Positions 54,100-64,000 of a stretch of 64,000 nt of DNA are shown here, piece after piece. Numbering within the stretch: position 1 is the first letter of the stretch; every line of letters begins with the position of its first letter. The stretch is from Hamiltosporidium tvaerminnensis FI-OER-3-3 (taxonomy: Eukaryota; Fungi; Microsporidia). The notes under the pieces were generated by a model, which was not told the origin of the DNA, did not search any database, and worked only from the letters and a program-made list of their open reading frames with translations. A program made the translations under genes and the position numbers. The stretch lies in NCBI GenBank assembly GCA_022605425.2, contig CM061249.1, positions 992,001 to 1,056,000 on the forward strand, in the 5' to 3' direction.

Positions 54100-54320
54100 T
54101 TCTTATTTTTATTCCTATTTCTATTCTTGGTTCTATTCTTATTTATTTTTCTATTTCAATTCTTGGTTCTATTCTTATTTATATTTCTATTCCTATTCTT
54201 GGTTCTATTCTTATTTATTTTCCTATTTCTATTCTTGGTTCTACCTAAATTTATTTTCTTATTTATATTCCTATTTCCATCTATATTTCGATCCTTAATT
54301 CTATCTATATTTATTTTCTT
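54100..54320 (+). repeat. Hexamer-based 36-bp minisatellite (TTCCTATTTCTATTCTTGGTTCTATTCTTATTTATT-like)
   Basis: Four TTCTTGGTTCTA cores at 36-bp spacing. This explains the spurious FL-rich ORF 54091-54345. Confidence 0.88.
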
Positions 54321-54473
54321 TAGCAGAATGTATTATTTATTGTAAAAATACCTATATCTTTATATTCTAATATCTTTGTACCTCCCTACAAGTATAATAA
54401 GTAAGAACCCTCTTTTGGTTTTCTTTTTTATGCATTTAAAAACCAAAAAATATGAAAAAAATGTTAAACCCCA

Positions 54474-55100
54474 ATGGAAAAGACAACTATTTATCAAAAA
54501 GAAAAAGAAATATTACAACAAATAGAATCTTTAGAATCTTCATACAACGAAATGTCACCTTTATATAAATTTAAATACATTTTTTATAACATTGTTTCTC
54601 AACCTATTGAGACATGTCCTATAGATTTTCCTGTACATTTATGGGAAAGGGCTATAAAAAATGCACCTGCTTTAAATACCGTACCAGTAGTAGTTAAGGG
54701 GTATAACGGATTAGAAGAAAGAAGAAAGCGACAAATAGATGTAACAACAAAAATTAAAGAATCTTTAGAATCTTTGTGTTTAAGAACAGGTAAGTTAAAA
54801 ATGAGAACAGAAAATATAACGTGTAGACTTAAAAATGCAGGTGACAGTTATAAAAAGCTTTTTAGTAAAATTTATTGTAATATTCGTCAGAATAATACGA
54901 CTGGTTTGACAGGTGAGTTGTTTAGATTGAAGGGGTATATTAATGAGATTGGGATAAGAAATGCAAATTCTATTAATAAAGATTATAAAGAACAGGTAAT
55001 TAACACACTAGGTTCTTTTAAAAATTTGGGGGTTAAAATGTTGCAGGATTTAGAAAATGATTTAAAGGTTTTGGAATCAAAAAAAAATAATTTAATTTAG
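54474..55100 (+). CDS. NUP57: Nucleoporin Nup57/Nup54-like (alpha-beta plus coiled-coil core, no FG repeats)
   Basis: SPLYKFKYIFYN..P...LWERA..NAP...VPVVVKGY.GLEER..RQ matches the Nup54/57/44 domain signature. AAACCCCA precedes the ATG. Confidence 0.8.
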   Translation: MEKTTIYQKEKEILQQIESLESSYNEMSPLYKFKYIFYNIVSQPIETCPIDFPVHLWERAIKNAPALNTVPVVVKGYNGLEERRKRQIDVTTKIKESLESLCLRTGKLKMRTENITCRLKNAGDSYKKLFSKIYCNIRQNNTTGLTGELFRLKGYINEIGIRNANSINKDYKEQVINTLGSFKNLGVKMLQDLENDLKVLESKKNNLI

Positions 55101-55112
55101 ATGTGTAGAAAT

Positions 55113-55460
55113 AAAGGGGGGTGTTAGTATATTATTATGTGATATTTATAAATAGAGGGGTTTTAAGGTATATGTTTGGTAAAGGGGTGTTAATATACTA
55201 TAAATACATTAAAATAAATAAAGGGGTGTTCAATCATGTACTATTTATTATATATTATAGGGGTGTTAATATACTATAAATATATTAAAATATATAAAAG
55301 GGTGTTCAATCATGTACTATTTATTATATATTATAGGGGTGTTAATATACTATAAATATATTAAAATATATAAAGGGGTGTTCAATCATGTACTATTTAT
55401 TATATATTATAGGGGTTTTAATATACTATAATTTAATCTATTCAAAAAAGAGGTGTTAAA
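55113..55460 (+). repeat. GGGGTGTT(A/C)A-core array, ~38-bp period, 76-bp higher-order unit
   Basis: About ten cores (55116, 55157, 55184, 55223, 55260, 55300, 55336, 55375, 55412, 55450). Confidence 0.92.
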
Positions 55461-57169
55461 TAAGCATTTTTTAAAAATAATATCATGTGTTATCTTAGCC
55501 CATTTTATTATTAAATGTTGAGTCTGTTTCACAATCACAAAAAAATAATTTATTTCAAATTTTAAAAACCATACATTAATTTCCAGTACTTTTTGTAATT
55601 ATAAATACAAAAATCTACTTAAATTCTTTTCCTAAGCCTTTTTCTTACATTTGTATCGTTTTCTTTTGATATTCTAAGAAATACAAATAAGCGAATCATA
55701 CAGGAAAGAAAAAAAATACAGTTTATTTGTACATAAGTAACATTATAAATGAGCTTTTGATCATTAAAATTATATAATGAAGCGATATTAGGTAAAAAAA
55801 TACTCCTTAAGGCATGTACATTTATATTCTTAAACTTATTTCATTCTTTACTAAAATAACTATTTCAGATCTTAAGAAAATTAAGGAACATTTTAATAAA
55901 CGTATATTCTTCTGTTTTGTTTGACCTTTTGTTTGCTAAAAATACATCTTTGGTAACTGAATACCTGGGATTTATTTTAGACGAATGATGATTATAATTG
56001 CATTCTTTTTCATAAAAGTCATAAATCTATCTCGAATTTCTACCGAGACGATATATAAAAAAACTTTAATTTATCCGCGTCTATTATATCAGATAGTCAA
56101 TATATTTTGCCAAAGGTTGTTTAAGATTTAAACACACATTTTTCCGATATTTTTTTTAATCAAATAACTTAAATAGAATTCTTTATTAAATTAATTTATT
56201 CTGTATTGTAGGTATTTTTACTATTATTGCTTTAAATGTTTTAACTTATGGGAGCTGTTTTTTCGACACTCTATGTTTATTTGTAGCGATGCAATATCTG
56301 TTTATTTAAATGAAATCAAATTGTATTCTCGAAAACAAAAACTTTTAGTAATATAACGAATAAAATTCTTATTGCGTTTTAAAATCTATGTTTTCTTTAT
56401 ATAAGCTTTATTCTTTCGATAATAGAAAAATAAAATTAATTGTCTTATTTCATTTATATTTTCGGTTTCAAAACCATCTAATGGTTGTCTATCTACAAAG
56501 CAATAAAAACCAATTCAAATATAATTATTTGTTACATTTTCTGCTTATTTGTGTGTAATATTGAGACTGAAAGGAAACGTTTTACACCAATAAATTGCAA
56601 AGATAATTCAAACATGCGATTATTTGTTTACTTCTTGTGCATATGAAGAAGGTATTCTCTAATATTTTTCAAGAAAGCTCCGCAGTTAATATAGTATGCA
56701 TCGGTGCACTATGAATTACTCGTAAAACTTTCGGTTCTGAATATTTTCTTGTCTAAACTTGTACAAATTTCTGATAATTTTCTAATATAACGAATGGTTT
56801 AAATGTTAAAAAAACTTTTTAACTTTAAGACGCGTAGGTGATTAGTTTATATCAACTGAAATTAAGATTATTAGTTGATTTAATCAATATCTGGGTAATA
56901 TTTAACTGTTTCTGGAATCATCAGAACGGTTTTATTTCAAAATAAACATATCTTTGCTTGCATTTTGTTATAATCAAATATTTCTAAGTTTTAAATGCTT
57001 GCAGATTTTTTTTTTGATTTTTTGTAATTCTCTTCATTCTTAGAAAAGTTTATATTCGCAAAGTCTACAAAATTTCTTCTGAAATATGTATATAACTAAA
57101 AAAAACTCAGATTAAATGGCAAAAACAGTGATAAAATAATATAAGTCACTATAAAAAGTATTTGTTTGA

Positions 57170-60100
57170 TAAATTTTTTGTTGCAATATTTTTTGCCTAT
57201 TTTTTATATTTTTTGCCTATTTTTTATATTTTTTCGTTGTTCTTTTTACGTTTTTACTTTTCCTTCCAAATACGAATCTTCATCTAAATTTTTTGTCAGT
57301 TTCTATAATATGGTTACTTTTGCTTATATATTAGTAGTTTGTTTTTTGTATTTACTTGTTTAGAATCATCTTTCTTGTTCTTCGCTTTTGCAAGAAATTT
57401 ATGGTTTTTTATATTTCTCAGTTCGTCCAATAACACACAATGAAGCTCTCTCCTTACTATTTAGGCAGTTGATCTTGATTTGAGTCTTCTATGTGAATAA
57501 AAAAAATTGATTTGACTGATTTTGAGGCATTCGAGTAGAATAAATGTCTACGCCACAGACAATTTCTAATCTTTTATGATATTTTTTGTAAAACATTGTC
57601 ACTATAACTTTCTGTGTCAGATATGCGATCATTCTAACACTGTATTAATATATAAGATACCTCTACTTAGCCATGGTTTATATTTCAGTGTTTTTGGTTT
57701 TTATACTCTGTTATAAATATTGGAAATGATTCACAATTCAATGAAATGATCTTTTCTGACTTCTGTCTAAAATAAATATATCGCATGTGGTTTCTCGAAT
57801 ATTGAGAAAGGGTTTTCGATGTATTCTCATGATTCGGAAACACATGATTAAGAATTTAATAAAGCTATTGATTTCGTATATCGTTTTTTTGGCTAAAATT
57901 AAATAGATTTGAAAGATTTGGTTTGCAATAATGATTTTTTAACGTCTAACCTGGTCCTGCCGCGAATTATGTATTATTAGGCTGTTTAATGGTTTACGTT
58001 AATGGTTGCAGTATTTTATCTTTGCTTCTGTTTCTCATTATATAATTCTACTTTGGATATAGCAGATAACGGCTTCATTGCATTTACTGCTATTCTCTTT
58101 CTTTAACTTTTTTAGAGAATATTAACCCACAAAGCCCATTTTTTTGCATCACATAATTTTGAAAAAGGTTTTTTTATATTGTTTTGCGTGTATTAGTTGC
58201 AGTTTTAACAAATTAAAAGTTCTTTTTGGTAAATCTTTTTGGTTTACTTTTTATTTTTAGGATAATTTAGACGGGACAAGACAAGTTTTTTATAATTAAT
58301 GCTTTATAAAGTTATTAAAAACAATCATGACCCATAGTTTCGTTTCAAAACGATCTTTTGGTTACAGAAGATTGACAACAATTTACAAACTCAAATTTAA
58401 AGGCTTGCTCTAAGCTCTCTTTAATAAAAGAACAAGGTTCTTAAGATTCTGCTCTAAAACGTATCGTATATTTCTACAATATTACATGCAGTGCATCATT
58501 TAATTAAAAGAAACCGGATTCAGTGTGTGTATGTCAGTTTAATAGGCAACCAACGATATTAAATGTAAATATTTGCATTAAAAATGTTTCTTGCATTTAT
58601 TTTTGTGCGTTAAATTGCCATTTCTTACTATTAGTTTGTTTGCACTTATGTATATTAGCAGCTTGTATTAGCACTTCTGTTTATCTTCTATCACTTACAG
58701 ATGTTTTTAGCACTAACGATTTCTTGAATGTAGCAGAATTATAGAAAATTTTATGATTTGTGATTGTGTTCTTCAATTATCTCAAAATCAATAATCTTTA
58801 TAGAATTCTTATACACATGTACCATAGATCTCAATGTTATGTTTTTCATTGCAATTATCTTTATATCATTAAAGAACATGAAATATTGCCAGTCGATAAA
58901 CAGCATTTGCATTTAAATTGTATTAGTATATTTCGGGTTAGTTTCAGCTCCATAGAATAATTACTATGAAAAAAGAAAAAGAGGCATGGTATTATATTTA
59001 AATATATCTCCATTAGAATATTTGTTAAAAAAATTGTAAAGCCATATTAAAAAACACATTATTTTTAAAATAATGCATCAAACATATTTACGATTTATTG
59101 GTATTATTTAGATTTTAAAAGCATGGAATTAATTAGGCGAGGTTTTTCGACCATAATGATCAAATCTCATACAAGTTTCTTTAAGATTGTTTCCATATTC
59201 TTTGTAAAGAGTAAAGCTATCGTTAAAGTCTTTTATACGGGTTTTGTACATCACTAAAATTTATAATGGAAAATCCGAAAGTAAATTTTTTTCTTACAAG
59301 AAGCTGATCGGTCTCTGTAGTTAGAATTTTCAACTTTAAAATGACATTTTTTGGCCTTGATTCGGAATTTTTCTGACAGTATTCATGTTTTCTTTTAGAG
59401 CAGCCAGCGATAAAAGAATTTTACCGAAGATGTTTTTTTTATATGCATTTCCATGCCAAAATGATAATTAAACGAGCTGTACTTTTCCGAAATAGAAATT
59501 CTGAATGGCTTTAGTTTCTGCGATTTCTAGTCTAAAAGCCAATCTATAATCCTATATATTAAATATGTTTGAAGTATCTGTATTCTAACTGCTACAAATT
59601 GAATTTATATCTGATAATTAATGACTTTTTCTTCATTTTTATTACATACTGTAGACTAAAAACTTAAACTTTATGATGACAAACCCTATTCCCAGATTAA
59701 GCAAACAAAATTGCTTCCTGAACAGCCTAAAAACAAGATTATCTTTTTGATTAACTTATAGTTTCGAAGAAAATCCTTGTGCTCTTTCGACATTTAAAAA
59801 TCAGTCTTCTTAAGTATCCCAATAGAAAATTTATGTTGCCCGCTTAGTTTTAATTCAATAATTACACGATCTTCATGCGGCTTTATGCCTTTGAAGCAGA
59901 GAAGTTTTCTTTCTTCAAGCCGTCTCGATAAAATCTTTAGTGCGGTTTTACTTTTATTTTAGGGCTTATGATATATCTCGTGGCGAATCTGTGTTGCCTT
60001 TGTGTGTTTCCTCGTGATTACATACCATCTCGCGTGAATAATGCCTATCGCGTCATTCATCTTTATTGAGACAGGTGCTCTAGAAAATTCATTACATATT

Positions 60101-60560
60101 CGAACAATAGAATCTAAAATTTTACTATCAACCAATTCACTTGGAAGCTTTCAATTCAGACCACTACAGTTTCTATTTCCTTCTTCAAGAGTACATTTAT
60201 TATACATAAGTGTTTCTATTTCTGGTATAAGGAAGATGCTTTTATATAGAGTAAAGGATCATAAAAAAATGGGCATTATATGTTCACTTATGTTTTTTCC
60301 TGTTCTATTAGAATCTCGCTTTATCTTGAAATATTTTTTCAACTCGTTGATAGTAACGGCAGACTCAAAATTCTCATAAGGGTATCTCAGTATTAAAGTT
60401 ACCTTAAAAAAGTAATTCTTTCTGACCTCTTCTATACACAGCAAGAATATATACAGGCTATTCTTTTTTACGGCTGTGACTGTTTTTTAATATTTACATA
60501 AACTTTAAAGCGTTTTCTTTTAGAATAGCAGCAGTTTTAGGATTTATCATGCTTTTGGTC
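57170..60560 (-). mobile_element. Second old, heavily decayed copy of the RLE non-LTR retrotransposon
   Basis: The minus strand near 60100-60150 encodes KLPSELVDSKILDSIVRI, versus KLLSELVDSKVLDLINRI in the 36-kb ORF. Remnants corresponding to YRPI, ELGRGL, QDRNV, RPDI and WDG occur in the expected order. The 3' UTR at ~57171-57230 matches 32660-32700. Confidence 0.72.
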
Positions 60561-60920
60561 AGTCTATCACATAGACACCTGGAACTTAGGAGTGAGTAGG
60601 GTGTAGAATAATTCGACCAGACGCGTTTAATATCTCATTTATATGTGAGTTTGTAAAGCATCCAGTAATCAATGCATGTAAGGCTCTCTAAAAATGTGCT
60701 CATACATGCGAAACACATACTTTTCACATTTTGTTAATTTGCCAAAGGGTTTAAAAGTCTTTATTTTCTTGTATATTTTCCGCTTTTAATATATTCATTC
60801 TATCCACATTGGTTACTAAAAATCTTCTAAAAATATTATGATTAAAAGGGTGTTATTTATTGCATTCTGACGAAAATCAAAGAGTAAAATTTTTTTATTT
60901 TAAAGAATCTTCAACCCCCA

Positions 60921-61130
60921 ATGATTATTCCGGTACGTTGCTTCACATGTGGGAAAGAAATATCAAGCAAATGGGAACCATATGTAGATTTGTTAGGCCA
61001 AGGAAGGACTGAATGTGAGGCATTAGATATTTTAGGACTTGGAAGAAAATGCTGTAGAAGAATGCTTTTATGCCACGAGGATATTATAGAAAAGGTTTTG
61101 AATTATGATGTTTTTCAAAATCTTTCGTAA
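60921..61130 (+). CDS. RPB10: RNA polymerases I/II/III shared subunit RPABC5
   Basis: [12 protein letters not shown] and CCRRMLL signature motifs. CAACCCCCA precedes the ATG. Confidence 0.97.
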   Translation: MIIPVRCFTCGKEISSKWEPYVDLLGQGRTECEALDILGLGRKCCRRMLLCHEDIIEKVLNYDVFQNLS

Positions 61131-61156
61131 ATTAAAATTTTAAATTCTGCATTATA

Positions 61157-61358
61157 TTAACACCCCTTTAATATATAGTAAAATAAATTCTATTTAACAC
61201 CCCTTTAATATATAGTAAAATGGTACAACGTTTAACACCCCTTTAATGAATGATAAAAACATATGTTATTTAACACCCCTTTAGTATATACTAAAATGGT
61301 AGAATATTTAACACCCCTTTAGTAGTATATATAAATACCTTTATTTAACATCCCTTTA
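61157..61358 (-). repeat. TTAACACCCCTTTA-core array, 6 units, 37-38-bp period
   Basis: Cores at 61157, 61194, 61232, 61270, 61308 and 61345. This is the reverse complement of the 55.1-kb array core, with partly divergent spacers. Confidence 0.92.
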
Positions 61359-61443
61359 TTACTATAATATCTCTTCCTTAATTATAACCTTTATTTTTCT
61401 TTAAAAAATTTAAAATTTTAAAATCCTTTAAAACCCCATATAA

Positions 61444-61941
61444 ATGAAAAGACGAAGCAAAAGACAAAACTCTAATGTATTTGCAATGCTCAGTAAAAAT
61501 CAAATATTTGAATTAAAAGAAGCATTTGGTCTATTAGACACCAACAACGATGGTATCATATCAAAAGAAGATTTAAAAACATTTCTTAGTTCGATAGGAG
61601 ATCCATTTACCGAATCGGAAATAGATGAAATGATGGAAGAAGCAGGAAATGAAATGTCATTTATGATGTTTCTTACCTTAGTTGGAGAAAAACTGAGCTG
61701 TACGGATGAAGAAAGTGTTATTCTTCACGCATTTAAAGATTTTGATGAGAATAGAAACGGATTTGTTGAAGAAAAAGTTTTAAAAAAATGGTTGACACAA
61801 GAAGGAGACAAAATGTGTGAAGAAGACGTGGATTTTTTATTAAAGGATTGTTGTGAAAATGGAATGGTTGATTATAAAAAATTAACTGAAATTATAAAAC
61901 ACGGAGAAGTTTTAAAGAAAGAAGAAATTGTTTATCAATAG
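61444..61941 (+). CDS. Myosin II regulatory light chain (EF-hand)
   Basis: Basic N-terminus with SNVFAM, then QI.ELKEAF.LLDTNNDGIISKEDL, FMMFLTL.GEKL..TD.E..I..AF, the classic RLC pattern. AAAACCCCA lies upstream of the ATG. Confidence 0.93.
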   Translation: MKRRSKRQNSNVFAMLSKNQIFELKEAFGLLDTNNDGIISKEDLKTFLSSIGDPFTESEIDEMMEEAGNEMSFMMFLTLVGEKLSCTDEESVILHAFKDFDENRNGFVEEKVLKKWLTQEGDKMCEEDVDFLLKDCCENGMVDYKKLTEIIKHGEVLKKEEIVYQ

Positions 61942-62170
61942 AAATGGGTTTTTTATTGGTAAAACATTACTTTGTAGTTTCTTAATTTAATATTTATTTT
62001 AATTATCGTATTTCTAATTTCTATTTTTGATTTCTACTTTAATTTTTTGTAGTTTCTTAATTTGATTATTTATTTTTGATTTTAATTTTTATTTTTGATT
62101 TTTATTTCTAATTTTTTGTGTTTTAACTTATATTTTAATTTATTTATTTTTGATTTTATAATATTTTTAT

Positions 62171-62647
62171 TGCTAGCCAATGAGTTGGGTCTTATTTATA
62201 TGTGTAGTGTTGAGATAATCCCTTATGTGATGACCTGGGACGGTATTGTGACAAAATACCATAAATCTCATCTTAAAAGACTAGAAATACCCATGAATGT
62301 AGAAGCATACATTCAGTCTATAGTACTTAAGAAAACAGTCGAAACAATTTCCTTTGATCGACGAAGAGGACTTGAGTCAGGACTAAATGCCGAAGAGAGC
62401 TGTGAAAGAGCGTCAATGGGTGTTATTATGAGAGCAGAGATGCATGAGGAACCAATACCCCCTTTAAAAGAAGCGAAAAGAGAGGAAGATGGTGCAAAAA
62501 ATTTTAAACCAAAAAATAAAGCACCCTTTATTTCACAAAGAGGAACCACTTAGAGGAACCGACCAATAACATAAATGAAGAGTCGGATTTGGAAGAAGAG
62601 ACAAAAGTGGTTAAAGAGGTAGAAGAAAACATATAAAAATGGTAAAA
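62171..62647 (+). mobile_element. 5'-truncated fragment (3' end) of the RLE non-LTR retrotransposon
   Basis: Roughly 90-95% identical by eye to the reverse complement of 32683-33158. Retains sense codons (TGG, GAA, GAG) where the long copy has stops. Confidence 0.93.
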
Positions 62648-62688
62648 TTATTTATTCGAATTCTATAATTTATTTTTAAGATTTATTT

Positions 62689-63381
62689 TTAATCGCATTT
62701 TTTTATTTTAATTAAATCGATAATTAAAATATTTTTTTGAATTTCTTTAAAAAGATTATCAAGTTGTGTAAAATTATGAATCATTCCAACTGTAAGTGCA
62801 CATATCTCTTTAATATCACACATATGAATAACATAATCCCATTCAAAATTACTACAACACGAACACTCTGGCTTACTAGAATAATCAGAAATATAAATAA
62901 TTTCTGATTTATACGTAATAAGTTGTCCATTATTTACCAATTCATTAATAAAATTGGTAGAAAATATTTTACCGCCATTTTTTAAATTAAAAACGAAATC
63001 TTCAATATTTTTACATTCAATAAAATTGGAAGAAAATATTTTATTTCCTCTTGAAATTATTTTTTTTGTATCAAAATCCATATAAAAATCTGGATTGGCT
63101 TTCTCTATAAATTCTATATACTCATCCTTCGTAAATTTTCTATTTCCTCGTCTGGTTCGTAATAAATTACTTTTATCTTTAAAAGTAACAATTATATTGT
63201 TAGAAACAGAACAGAACTCTTTTATAGGTAAAACATCTTTGTTTAAATAATAACTTCCATTGTAAATAAAATCATCGACATAAATTTGAAAAGTTTTATT
63301 AAAACATTTCATATCTTTATAATCAACAACATGTGGTATAGAACCGTATTGTGTTGTTATTACAAAGTCGTGTGATTGCAT
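62689..63381 (-). CDS. Queuine tRNA-ribosyltransferase accessory-subunit-like (QTRT2/TGT fold), strongly shortened
   Basis: N-terminal TTQYGSIPHV and C-terminal CSCC..DYVIHM..KEICA....IHN resemble the QTRT2 ends. AAAAACCCA precedes the ATG. Confidence 0.7.
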   Translation of the reverse strand: MQSHDFVITTQYGSIPHVVDYKDMKCFNKTFQIYVDDFIYNGSYYLNKDVLPIKEFCSVSNNIIVTFKDKSNLLRTRRGNRKFTKDEYIEFIEKANPDFYMDFDTKKIISRGNKIFSSNFIECKNIEDFVFNLKNGGKIFSTNFINELVNNGQLITYKSEIIYISDYSSKPECSCCSNFEWDYVIHMCDIKEICALTVGMIHNFTQLDNLFKEIQKNILIIDLIKIKKCD

Positions 63382-63473
63382 TATATGGGTTTTTCTAAAA
63401 ATTTGATAGTAAATCTATATTTTTGTAAAAAAAACAGAAAAAATTATAAAAGGGACTTAAATTTATTCAAAAT

Positions 63474-63575
63474 ATTGTATTTAACTTATGATTGTATTTA
63501 ACTTGGTTTTATTTAACTTAATTGTATTTAACTTATAATTGTATTTAAAAGAAATTTTATTTAACTTACAATTTG
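63474..63575 (+). repeat. Degenerate 15-18-bp minisatellite with TATTTAACTT core
   Basis: About six cores visible upstream of the QTRT2-like gene. Confidence 0.8.
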
Positions 63576-63724
63576 ATTCAAAAGAAATTTTATTTTTTTA
63601 ATTCTCTTTAATCATATCAATGAGTCTTTAATTCTCTTTGAATCTCAATGCTAGTAATAAAATTTGTATTTCTTTGAATCTTAATGTTAGAAATAAAAAT
63701 CTTTACTATTTGTATTTCTTTTTC

Positions 63725-64000
63725 AGGTGGAGGGAGGATAACCACAAAAAAAACTTTCTGCTTGGCAATGAGTGTGTGAAACTGGTGTGAGATCATTGTT
63801 TGGATTTTTAGTGGGAATAAAACCACACTACATCTTCGGTTGTTCCATGGGAGTTTGTATGAGGAGGAGAGGTCTAAGAAATGGAGAAACTTTTTCTACA
63901 AATTTATTTGTAGTTTTTTACGTAACCAGATTGCAGACCGCAGCTGAACATGTAGGTAATTGCCATGTAAAAGCATGGAAACCTAGCCTTGCTCACTCGG
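63725..64000. repeat. Repeat family B copy, runs off the window end
   Basis: AGGTGGAGGGAGGATAACCAC..CTGCTTGGCAATGAGT..TTGCAGACCGCAGCTGAAC..GGTAATTGCCATGTA aligns with 46848-47115. Confidence 0.88.

Noticed and set aside
54091-54345. FL-rich membrane protein ORF
   Set aside because: It is the translation of a hexamer minisatellite, with a non-ATG start.
57400-57850. Tc1/IS630 transposase remnant (IENPFS)
   Set aside because: The region is better explained as the endonuclease part of the decayed RLE retrotransposon.
61157-61358. CRISPR array
   Set aside because: The core is only ~14 bp, spacers are AT-rich and partly related to each other, there are no cas genes, and the context is eukaryotic.
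62095-62553. 152-aa ORF as a gene
   Set aside because: It is a chimera of a T-rich repeat and the retrotransposon 3' fragment, with a non-ATG start.

Overview
Very AT-rich, gene-poor eukaryotic DNA. It is most likely from a microsporidian (Nosema/Vairimorpha-like; inferred from short, intron-less, reduced fungal-type genes that each have a CCC motif just upstream of the ATG). Only seven intact genes are supported: a Cys-rich 11-mer-repeat protein, an RBM25/Snu71-like RRM protein, the PKA regulatory subunit, an FG-less Nup57/Nup54, RPB10, a myosin regulatory light chain and a miniature QTRT2/TGT-like protein. The rest is largely mobile-element debris. It includes four copies of different age of one RLE-type non-LTR retrotransposon, a Gin/KRBA2-like integrase fossil and two dispersed non-coding repeat families. 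Family A (~220 bp, 4 copies) has an RTE-like 3' tail and a conserved structured 5' motif reminiscent of a minimal hatchet ribozyme. Family B (~690 bp, 4 copies) has fixed ends. The Cys-rich gene has two frame-disrupted paralogs sharing a TATA promoter and non-coding flanks. Two arrays of a GGGGTGTTAA core with a ~38-bp period sit beside core genes. All alignments were done by eye, and boundaries of degenerate elements are approximate.
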